DNA of 58,087 bases, counting the filler, from Sphacelaria rigidula (lineage: Eukaryota): the NCBI GenBank assembly GCA_964200075.2. It is 7 parts of 7 records of this genome, joined end to end, with 100 filler letters (N's around TTAATTAATTAA, not from the genome) between each part and the next. Parts side by side here need not be neighbours in the genome. Positions count along the whole stretch, not along the records: positions 1 to 8,213 come from CAXNAA020011897.1; positions 8,314 to 16,526 come from CAXNAA020011898.1; 5 more parts are not named here. One strand, written 5' to 3'. The notes beneath the pieces were generated by a model. That model had not been told where the DNA came from, ran no database searches, and worked only from the letters and a program-made list of their open reading frames with translations. The translations under genes and the position numbers were made by a program. Positions 1 through 9,529 of this stretch are shown piece by piece; within the stretch, counting starts at the first letter, position 1; every line of letters starts with the position of its first letter.

Positions 1-299
1 ACGTAGTGTTCATATGGCGAGACACCCGTGAGGCAGCGTGTAAGCCGGGGCTGTCTCTGAAAGTGGCGATACCAGAAAATAAAGCAACTCATTGTAGGCT
101 GTCATCCAAATGCAAGATAATCAGTGCGCTTCGGGCCGAAAAATCTTGGCGGGATGCAGCTCGCCCTTCATGCGACTCGCCGAACACACCACGCAGCTCC
201 ACGGGAAACCCCGGTGTGCTCCGTCCCGGCTTTGTAAGGATGCGAGGTCAATGGTCATGTGACTATGGCATGCAAGACCATGAATATCCCCCCCCCCCC
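1..299 (+). mobile_element. Retroposon family A copy (5' part cut by contig start), poly(C) tail
   Basis: Matches about 10 other copies in the window; ends ...CAAGACCATGAATAT followed by a C-run. Confidence 0.8.
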
Positions 300-566
300 T
301 CGTCCTTCCCCTCCCATACCTGTTTGAGGGTTGGCGTTGGTTGGCGACGACGCTGTAAAACACGTCACGCACGACATTTCTTTTTTGTCAAGACTTAGTC
401 TCCTATGTCGTTCTGTTCGACCCCTCTTTCTTTTTTTCTGTTCCTTCCTTTTTTTTCAGAGCGTGTTTCATTTCCGTTTTTTGTTGGGTACGTCTATCAT
501 GACACCACGGCTGGACTCCTGGGGGGTCACTTAAAGTGCGACAATCAATCAATCTATCAATCACGG

Positions 567-1234
567 CGTAAACCAGGTGATCAGGTTACCTTTGTTTCGC
601 TTGCGTTTTTTTTGCGGGAGCCATACATACATGGTGATCGAGTTGGATCAATTGTGCGGGGTAAAGAATCTCAACACCGCGCAAAAGGGGATGGTCGTAC
701 TACGTGATGTCTCAATGGCGAGACACCGATGAGGCAGTGTTTCAAGGGCAGGTCGAGTAGAGTATACTCAATTGCGGGGTATTTTGAAAGACGTACTTGG
801 GGTACTCAGGTTAGGGTAGAGTGTTGGGAGTCGTACCCAAAAAGTAGCTGGGAAGCGATTCCTGAAACCCTACCCCCAATTTGTGTACTTCAAGTGCGAC
901 TTTCAAAATTCCCCGCAACTGAGTATACTCTACTCGACCTACCCTTGCAGTGTCCAACCAGTGACTTGTCTCTGGAAGTGGCGATACCAGAGAATGAAAC
1001 AACTACTTGTAGGCTGTCATCTAGATGGATGATGATCAGTACTCTTCGGGCCGAACAATTTCAGCAGGATGCAGCTCACACTTCATGCGACTTGCCGAAC
1101 ACACCACGGCCCTTCGCGCTTGGGTATCGCGAGTCTGGTCCGGCGAAGACTCGGCGTCCGGCTTTGTAGGGATGCGAGGTCAACGGTCACATAACTATGG
1201 CGTGCAAAATCATGAGCGCCCGCCTTCCCCCCCT
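567..1234 (+). mobile_element. Near full-length family A retroposon interrupted by a hAT-like MITE
   Basis: Starts CGTAA..CAGGTTACC like the copies ending at 40127 and 51567; ends CATGAGCG plus a C-rich tail; MITE at 743-947. Confidence 0.75.
743..947. mobile_element. hAT-like MITE
   Basis: About 48-bp TIRs (CAAGGGCAGGTCGAGTAGAGTATACTCA...); degenerate 8-bp TSD cagtgttt/cagtgtcc duplicating host family A sequence. Confidence 0.85.
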
Positions 1235-1331
1235 CCACTGCTGCACCCGTTTGTCTTTTCCCTTTGATATCGCCTTCCCGACGGTTTAAAAACAAAAAAA
1301 TGCTCCTAAATATAAGGCCAAATGCAAACAG

Positions 1332-2038
1332 CTAGGGGTACCGGTAAGCTGGCTCCGCTCATCCGTCAATGCTCGCTGGCACGTTAACTGGCGGGGATTC
1401 GGCGGCCCCATACAGGACCTTCCCGCCACCGACCGAGCTCTGGGATCGGCATACGACCTGAAGTTGCCCCCGCATTTCGAGGACGCTGATTTTGTACACG
1501 TTGGCAGGAATATTGCGCACGCCGCGCTGGTGACTATCGGTGGGCGTGCGCGGTAACGCTGATGACCGCGCGCCCGAGAGTTGAATAGGATAAAGTAGAG
1601 ATTGTTTTGGGCGTTTGCAGACCTTGTCGCGGAGGTGTGCGGGGATGGGGCGGGGGGAGCGGGGGAGAGTATACTCATGATGTTGCATGTTGTCGTCGTA
1701 TGACCGTTGACCTCGTACCTCTACAATGCCGGGACGAAGCACGCCGGGTTTGCGCCGGATCGGGCTCGCCGTCGGGGGTGGGGTGTACTCATGATCTTGC
1801 ATGCTGCAGTCATAAGGCCATTGACTTGGAGGATTGGGGGGGGTATGATTCGTGCATCGGCTAATCAATCGGGCTTGGGAGAAATATCACTAGCTTCGAC
1901 CTTGTTGACCGTAGCCGAGCCTTTTGTTTTTGTCTAGTGGACCACGGACCATTCGATAGGGACAGGGGAGGGGAAGTACTGAGCTACCGTTTTGATGGTT
2001 GCCTTGAGCTCGAGAAGCAGTATTATTCTGTAGGATGA
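1332..2038 (+). CDS. 3' end of a DegT/DnrJ/EryC1/StrS-family PLP aminotransferase (last two exons)
   Basis: Exons 1332-1539 (cag| ... G|gtgggc) and 1938-2038 (ttgtctag|TG ... TGA) are phase-compatible. They give LGVPVSWLRSSVNARWHVNWRGFGGPIQDLPATDRALGSAYDLKLPPHFEDADFVHVGRNIAHAALVTIVDHGPFD...YSVG*. The GVxxxW...DLPxTDxxL...DxxLP..F...D pattern resembles this family's C-terminus. Confidence 0.65.
1650..1826 (-). mobile_element. Two stacked 5'-truncated family A 3' ends inside an intron
   Basis: G-run + TACTCATGAT(G/C)TTGCATG occurs twice (~1672 and ~1786), each preceded by a G-run. Confidence 0.8.
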
Positions 2039-2371
2039 TGATGTACGGTATATGTGATACCGGATGCGGAGACTGAAAGTATAGCCGAAATGTTGAGTTT
2101 TGGTGTGGGGCTCTGGAGAATGACCGACCAAACTGGTCGGTCGGTCGATGGGATGTGTGGGGGCTGAAGGGGGGTAGGGGTGGGGGCATCCCTCCCCAGT
2201 GGTGCTGTGATCTTGAACTCTCTTCCCTTTCGCTACTATCGCTCTTGAACCTTCTTCTTTGAACGGCGGGGCAGCGACGGTGGGAAAGGCTTCATGATTT
2301 CGTCGTCTTTGATGACCTTGTTCATGTGTATCACGTGTCTTGAGTGTCGCATGCTCGCCTTTGCGTTTACA

Positions 2372-2475
2372 TTTTCTGGAAAATGACTCACACCTATCCT
2401 TGGAATCTGGAAAATGACTCACACCAATTCTCGGAGTCTGGAAATTTACCTGGCTCACATTCTCGGGATCTGGCG
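2372..2475. repeat. About 3 degenerate ~31-bp tandem units
   Basis: TCTGGAAAATGACTCACACC repeated, followed by a decayed unit. Confidence 0.6.
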
Positions 2476-2520
2476 TTTTGGTATCTCTTCCCTTTGTACC
2501 TTTTGCTTTCCTTCCCTTAA

Positions 2521-2523
<3 letters not shown>

Positions 2524-2563
<40 letters not shown>

Positions 2564-2576
2564 CCTCTCCCTCTCT
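2524..2576. repeat. (CT)n microsatellite
   Basis: Read directly. Confidence 0.95.
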
Positions 2577-2911
2577 TAAATTGTTCTTTGTCGTCGTCGG
2601 CCTACGGTATTTTCTCCTCGCCCTTCTTTCATAGTCACACCCTTACCCGAGATCCCTCTGACGAGTGCTTTTTATCTATGTTCCCTTTGGTGTATGTCCA
2701 TCATATTACCACGGCGAGATTTGTCATGGGTAAGTTAACGTATGGAAATGAATCAAAAGCAAGATTGTGTTTTTCAATGCATACGTCGTGTGTTTGTCAT
2801 GATTTGTTGTTTTGGTGCGTGCGTGCGTACGTCCGCGACGCGGTCGGTCTGAGTGTTGCTTTGTGTGGCACGTGTCAGTTTTTTTTTATTCATGGAAGAT
2901 AATATTCCAGT

Positions 2912-2970
2912 TTGGTTGTCGTCGTCGTCGTCGTCGTCGTTGTTGTTGTTGTTGTTGGTGATGGTGTTGT
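2912..2970. repeat. Compound (GTC)n(GTT)n microsatellite
   Basis: Read directly. Confidence 0.9.
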
Positions 2971-3597
2971 CCGTGGCGGTGGTGAAAAAGTGTAGCCCAA
3001 GTGTAAAAAGGGTGTAGGGGGAAACGCGTGGCTCGTTGCTGCCCTTCTTGGTGTAAAATGACCGAATAATACACTGAGTTGGAGATATCTGTGCTGCCGT
3101 GTGTGCTTGAGCTCTTGAGTAGGGTTTGTGGGCACTACCGTACCGCGTGTCTGTTGCTTTTGGGCACGACGTGGGTGTGTGTGTGTTTTCTTGTGTCATT
3201 CTCTTTTGTGCCGTAAGTGTTGTATTGTGTCACGGGTCGCGGGTGTCGTGTCATTTTCCAATTGCCTCTGCTAATTTCTTGTTATTTCATTTTTTGTTTT
3301 TTTGTCCCCTTTTTGTCCCTTCCCCCCCCCCCCGCCTTGTGCGTCTTTTCTTATGTGTTATTTGTCTTTTGCTCTCTTCCACATTTTTTGTCTGTATTTG
3401 TGTCATGTTTTTTTTTTTTTTTCTCGTTCGTCTATGGACGTGTGCGTGGATGTGGATGTGGATGTGCATATTTTTCTTCTGAAGCTTTTGCTTTTTTTCA
3501 GTTGTCTAAAGGGTTGCCATATCCTTCAGTCCCGACACCACAACCTGAGAAGCCCAAGTTTGGTGGGTGGGGGGGGGTGGAGGGGCGGCGCGCGCGC

Positions 3598-3720
3598 GGG
3601 GGGGTGGAGGGTATCATGAATTTGCATGCAGTAGTCATATGATCATTGACCTCGCATCCCTACAAAGCCGGGACGGAGCACGCCGAGGTTTCGCCGGACC
3701 AGGCTCTGGGGGGGGGGGGG
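3598..3720 (-). mobile_element. 5'-truncated family A copy with G-runs on both sides
   Basis: ...GGGTATCATGAATTTGCATGC...TTTCGCCGGACCAGGCTCT then a G-run. Confidence 0.8.
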
Positions 3721-5401
3721 AGGTACTCTAAATCCAAGTAATTAGCCTCCCAGGCGTGGCCGGACTCCGGGAAAAGAAGTTGGTCCGCGTCTAGAAAATA
3801 TATACGAAGTCGGCGCACGGATTTCCACTATTTGCGAGACTGTGGTAAGGGTTGATCGCGAGTCAGAAAGGTCGAACTGATGTGCTGATTGGAAAACACC
3901 AGGAAAGCGACTGAGCGTCGAAATCTCCCGGAGGCCGTGCCGCACCCTGTAAGGGGGGTGTAGAAGATCACCTCACCAAAACACTCGTTTTTGTGCCCCG
4001 GAACACTCCTGTACAAGTAGCTGATGAACGGTTTGCAGAGCCCGCCACACACACTTCTCTGTGGTATTTGTGGACACTGTATAAATTTTCCATAAGGGGC
4101 CAAGAAATGGGGGTAGGGGTGCGAAGGGACAGGGCGGGGGGGGGGGAACCACAACTGAGATGTATGGCACCCCTTGGCTGTCTTCTCTGTTGTTGCTTCA
4201 TTTTCTGCTTTCTTGCCTTGATTTCATTTTTTTTGTGTCCCTCCGTGTGTTGCGTTTTTTCGTTTCTCTTGTGTGTGTTGTTCCTGTCCCTGTTGTTGTC
4301 GTCGTTGTCGGGTTTTTTTGTTGCCAAATTGTGTTCTCCCTTGTTTCGTGTGTTTGTTCGGTCTAAGACAGATGACTGTCTGCTGCAATAGCTCAAACCT
4401 AAATCTTGGAAGGGAAAAGCGGTGGGGTGAAGGGTGACGAGGGGGGGGGGTGCTATGCACGGTACAGAGGTGCACATATTTGTTTAGGCCGCAAGTGCTC
4501 ACTTTTTTTGCAGACGTAGGGTAAGGGTCGGCGAGGAACTACTGATGACTGGTGAGTTCTACTTTTATATATATATATATATATTTTTTTTTTATCCCCC
4601 CCGTATCTTTCTCTCTATCTCTTCGGGTTTTTTTTTTGCGGAGAACGGCATTTTTTTTGTTTTTGGTTCTAGATGTCTCCCCTCTGCTGAACAACACAAG
4701 GGTCTTACTAGTGGTGAAGAAATGGCGTACGTACTATCCTACTCTCTGTGAGCACTACCCTTTTCTCTGGGTTACACTGACATTTTGGCTGTTCATTTCT
4801 ATTGTTTCGCTTTTTTTTTTTTCCTAACTCTCTTCTTCATGGTTGCAGGGAGATAGATGTCTACGATAGCGGCACACCATACGTCGATACACATGTAGTG
4901 GGCATGGGCAAATCAAGTGAAGGAACAACATATATATATATATATATTATTATATATTATTATATCTTGATTCAAAACCAATCCCGGAGGAAATGTTCGC
5001 CGCTAATACTTCAAGCCCAGTCAGTGGCCCGCTGAATTTGAAGCATTGAAGTGTTTTACTCCTGTGTGCCGTACGTATTGAAAAGTGCATGTATCGCCGC
5101 TCTTCTCTTTTCAATCCTTCTTGAGAATGAGGATGGATGCACGTGCCGGTTGGGTAGCGGGGTGTGGGGGGGGGGGGGGGGGGGAGAAGAGGGGAGGGGG
5201 ACGGAGCAGTACCGAGTTTCTTTCTTGAAAGAGAAGCTGTCAGCCGGTCGAGTTTTTCCCGCATGTTTTAGCTGCCCAGCATATGCTTTGGGTAGTGTAC
5301 ATGATCAGTTGGATGTGCATGGGGGCGAATGGTATATGATACGCATACGGGAGGAAGCATAATAATACGTTGCTTTTTCGCCTGTCTTCGGGGGATGACG
5401 T

Positions 5402-5530
5402 GGGGGTGTACTGATAATCTTACATGCCGTTGGCGGAAGACCATTGACCTCGCATCCCTACAAAGCCCGGACGGAGCTCGCCGGGTTTTCGCCGGACCTG
5501 ACGTAGGAGGGGGGGGGGGGGGGGGGGGGG
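5402..5530 (-). mobile_element. 5'-truncated family A copy with G-runs on both sides
   Basis: GGGGGTGTACTGATAATC...CATTGACCTCGCATCCCTACAAAGCC...GCCGGACC then a long G-run. Confidence 0.8.
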
Positions 5531-6544
5531 CGTATGCATACATGGAATGTAGTATAATTTGAGTACGTGGCGAAATGGTTTTGCCCGAGGACTGTATTCA
5601 GCGACATACTCCGTTCTGCTGGGTCGGTCTCTTTTTACTGCGTGGAGGGGTCACTTTGGTTGGGACTGTGTGTGTGTGTGTGTGTGTGTGAGGCAGCCAC
5701 AGTCAGGCAAAACAAAAAAACAATAATATGTGGTTTTGTTCTCAATATTGTGTTGGTTTGGGTACGTTGATGTTGTAATGTTTACTTATCGTATTTTACA
5801 GACTTTTCAAGTGAGTGTGAAGAATTATCTGTGTCGGATATTTTTAGTCATGAGCCAAACCCAACCACATTGTACTGTGGTGAACGCCTCCACAACTGCT
5901 TCGGTTGTTAAGGTTGTTCGTGGTAACGCCATTTCGGCGGGAGGGGGGAGGGGGCGGAGTGTGGAAGGAGAGCGAAGGGAAGAGAAGGGGCATGTGAAGG
6001 TCGTGATATTCTTGATGTCAGTGACAAAAAAAAAATCTGCTGCGCGTGGATACCACGGTTTTGTGTACGGGTGGTCATTTGGTCATGCTCTCGGATTGTT
6101 TGTGTTGTTTCTTGTCTCGGTGCGTTTTGTCGGTACGGGGGTGCCATCATCATCATGGTGAACGACATATACACATGTTGGACAGCTCATCATGAGCTTC
6201 TACCTCACATGAAAAAATCGAAAAAGACTATCTGATCCCTTGTCCAAGGACACAGCATACGCAGCGGTGAGGTCCGGGAAGCCAAAGCGCTACCTTTGGG
6301 CTAATTGTCGTGCTCGGCGTCCAGTGCTGTAGGAAGTGGAACAAATGTGGAGGAAGGAGCCGAATAAGCTAGCTCATGATCCGGATCAGTACACACTCAT
6401 GATGGCAAGTAATATTTGAGTCTCATGAGCTATTCGACGTGTCGACATACAGTACATAACGCGGCGCTGGAAAATAGGGATTGTGCCGTGTGAGGATCTC
6501 TTCACGACTACAGAACACAAGGTAGTAGTGGTAGCAAGAATGGC

Positions 6545-7029
6545 TAGGCTTCAGCTCGGTGAGCGCACTTAAGGTTGAGCTTAATTTGGGGTTTTCGGGA
6601 TCAAATAAGCATTTTTTCGAAAAGCTTAAAAGTAGCTTGAAATGTTTGAAATGCTTAAAACGTGCTCGAAACGCGCATAAAATTGCGATAGTTTTTCATG
6701 CGCCTCCTGCAGCTATTGTATCAGCTGCCTGAAAGCCTGAAAGTGCCCCCTATGGCCCGCGGCGTCACTCGTCACTCGTCACCAGACAGGCTTCAAAATT
6801 CAAAACTCCAAAGTGCCATGCTTGCGGGTCTGATCCGAAAACGTTTCTCTGTGTATTTCATGTATTTGATACTATGCTGAATTGAAGAATGTAATCAAGA
6901 TTTTGTGCTATAGTTGTGCCGTGGGACCCATTGTACGCTGTACAGTATACATCAAGGGGGGAAAGCATGTATCCATAAAAAACGGAGCTTAAATTTGTTT
7001 TTTAAACGGGCTTACGGAGCTAAAGCCTA
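6545..7029. mobile_element. hAT-like MITE
   Basis: TIR TAGGCTTCAGCTCGGTGAGC versus reverse-complemented right end TAGGCTTTAGCTCCGTAAGC (17/20); 8-bp flanks agaatggc/ataacggc (6/8); many internal AAGCT/AGCTT motifs. Confidence 0.65.
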
Positions 7030-7194
7030 ATAACGGCGCGGGTATTACACATGTTGTTCGTTGCTGCTGTTGTTTCTGTTGTTGTTAACGCTGGCTGATG
7101 CAGAGGGTGACATCATTGTAAGAATGTGATTCCGATAAGAATGTCGTACCCTTGAGTGGCTGGTTTGGGGGAGGCAAAGCACACACGTGAATCA

Positions 7195-7360
7195 AAATGA
7201 AAGAAGCCGAGGACACCGAGCAGCTGGAAACTCCCACACTTGCGGTCGTTGTCGTCGATGTTGTCCATATGAGGCGCCGCACGCGGTCTGAAATCAGTAA
7301 TCCCGCGCTGTATGGCCATTTTCTTCGTGAGAGTTTTAGGAGTGGTTTTAGGGGGGGGGT
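7195..7360. mobile_element. Partial copy of the Sola-like MITE at 28548-28810
   Basis: AAGCCGA..CGAGCAGCTGG..CCATATGAGGCGC..GCTGTATG.CCATTTT..CGTGA aligns with 28637-28795. Confidence 0.65.
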
Positions 7361-7772
7361 GGGGGTACTCATGATCATGCATGCCGTGGTCACAAGACCA
7401 TTGGCCTCCCATCCCTACAATGCCGAGATAGAGCACGCCGGGTTTTCGCCGGACCAGGCTCGCAATCAGTCACCAAGCGCGACGCGCTGTGGTGGGTTCG
7501 GCGAGTCGCATGAAGAGTGAGCTGCATCCTGCTAAGATTGTTGGGCCCGAAGCGTACTGATTATCTTGCATTGGGATGACAACCTACAATGAATTGCTTT
7601 ATTTCTGGTATCGTCATTTTCAGAGAGACCCACGGCTTATACACTCCCTCATGGGTGCCTGACCACATAAACACTACAGTACGTGGTACGATCATCTCCA
7701 TTGTGCGGAGTTGAGGTTCTCTCATGCCGCACAACATAATCTAGCTCGATCACCATCATGGTCACCGCAGAT
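7351..7772 (-). mobile_element. Family A retroposon, long copy
   Basis: G-run + TACTCATGATCATGCATGCC...; colinear with copies at 39670 and 51100. Confidence 0.85.
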
Positions 7773-7781
7773 AAAAATGCG

Positions 7782-8045
7782 TGGGGGTGGGGGTGGGGAC
7801 GGGGGGGTACTCATTTGTTGCTTGCCTTAGTCGTTCGACCATTGACCACACACCCCTTTCGAGACGGAGCACCGTTCCTACTCCTAATGGAGAGACCTTC
7901 AACATTCCGGCGCTCGTTACGCTTCTTCCATATAGTGCACCAAAAACTTTTACATATCTTATCCCCGTCCTGTTTCGCCGTCTCTGGCAACCATCTATCT
8001 CCTAGTATAGCCATCGTTTTCTCGCTAATATCTAATGCATCGAAC
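7782..8045 (-). mobile_element. LINE 3' end (family B) with poly(C) tail
   Basis: ORF 8014-7811 AILGDRWLPETAKQDGDKICKSFWCTIWKKRNER..RNGAPSRKGCVVNGRTTKASNK*; the stop is followed by GTAC and a C-run. Confidence 0.8.
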
Positions 8046-8049
8046 GATC

Positions 8050-8187
8050 TGTGACGGTTTAAGAGACAACCAACTAGACTACTGACAAGTCAGCGGTCAC
8101 CGCTGACTTGTCAGTAGTCTAGTTGGTTGTCTCTTAAACAGCGCTGACTTGTCAGTAGTCTAGTTGGTTGTCTCTTAAACCGTCACA
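8050..8187. repeat. Perfect foldback with a duplicated right arm
   Basis: 41-bp arms 8057-8097 and 8099-8139 (1-nt loop); 8142-8187 is a second perfect complement of 8050-8095. Confidence 0.9.
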
Positions 8188-8213
8188 AAAGTTAGTCGTG
8201 GGGGTTCAATCCC

Positions 8214-8313
8214 NNNNNNNNNNNNNNNNNNNNNNNNNNNNNNNNNNNNNNNNNNNNTTAATTAATTAANNNNNNNNNNNNNNNNNNNNNNNNNNNNNNN
8301 NNNNNNNNNNNNN
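8214..8313. other. Artificial contig linker
   Basis: N44-TTAATTAATTAA-N44 (stop codons in all frames). Confidence 0.97.
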
Positions 8314-8385
8314 CGGGAATCGAACCCTCGTTCTCTCCACCCTGATGGCGACAGTCGGACCATTACACCACCGGGGCGCGGCGGC
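8314..8385 (-). mobile_element. tRNA-derived SINE head (family 2)
   Basis: GCCGCCGCGCCCCGGTGGTGTAATGGTCCGACTGTCGCC...GGTTCGATTCCC has A and B boxes; near-identical to 27871-27945. Confidence 0.75.
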
Positions 8386-9529
8386 ATGAGCTGCGATGCT
8401 GTCGTTGTGCCCGTCTCCCCAGAAAACAGTGTTGGTCGGCACGCAGTACTGGCTGCACACTTTTGAAAACTTCATGGTGTGTTGACAGTTTCGTCTTTCG
8501 TACAACAAACAAGGTGATGTCCGCTGCTGCGACACTCCTGCTGGCGCTGCGCGTTGGGGCCGTGTACTGTACTGTACTGTACTACAGTGTGTGTTCAGCG
8601 TTCTGTACTGTACTACTAACGCCATGTAAGTGCGGGCGTCGTTGGCCATGACATTCGACCGCACGAACACTAGGTTTTAGACTACTCTCCTGCGGATTCC
8701 TAATCAAAATGGAGCGATCTAATGGGTGAGTTAACAAGCGAATCTGTCCCGCTTCAAATGCAGTCTGCCAAAAAATGGGTGGATCCGATACTGGACCGTT
8801 GAACTGATCTGACACGTGCAAGGAAACAATCTTATATAGCCCCTCATGGTTTTGTGCTGCGGTCGTTCAGGGTCCAGAGGTGGCTGGTCTGGAGAACATA
8901 CAAGGGGTAGCATATGGTCCCGAGAGGTGACAGACTGTTGTCACGGAATACAAACGTGTGTTTTTCTGGTTGATTAGGTCATGAAAGAATTTTACCATAT
9001 CACGTCGCACGCAGGTGCTGGTGGTCGGGACATTTCCAGACGTTTGATGGGTCGAACGCGCGCGGCGCGTGACAAGGCAGCTTCTCTTCTATTTTTGTTG
9101 TTCCAAATCAAGCGATGAAGCTCAAGGCATTTGTCGATTTTGCGTTACGTATGACATTGTTCTTTTCACCAATTTCGTGCTCGGAGTGACATTGATTCAG
9201 GCCAAACTTCAGGATCCAAAACAGATTTCAAGGCAAATGCCTTCACTGGCCAGGGGGCGGTGCTTCAGCACGGCTCCGTCGCTTTTTTTCACCGGGCAAC
9301 GCCGGCAGTTGCTCCGCCATTCATCGAAGTTCGACTTATAGCTGCAACTGGTTCAAATATGTGCCTGCCACTTGATTGGTTCTGAAGCATCCTACCGAAG
9401 AAATTATTGAGATAACGCGAGGACACCCTGAAACCACTTTCCTGCTACGCTGACATTAACAAAACACCCCCAACCCCCGCCAATCCTTTCGGGCGACACC
9501 CCGAGCCTCGTTAGGCAGCCCAGCGGATA

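Noticed and set aside
2414-6174. Many F/C/V-rich or K/T-rich ORFs
   Set aside because: Products of T-rich low-complexity sequence and microsatellites.
8258-8269. TTAATTAATTAA as a biological repeat or TSD
   Set aside because: It is always centred in N-runs at ~8.3-kb spacing; it is an assembly linker.
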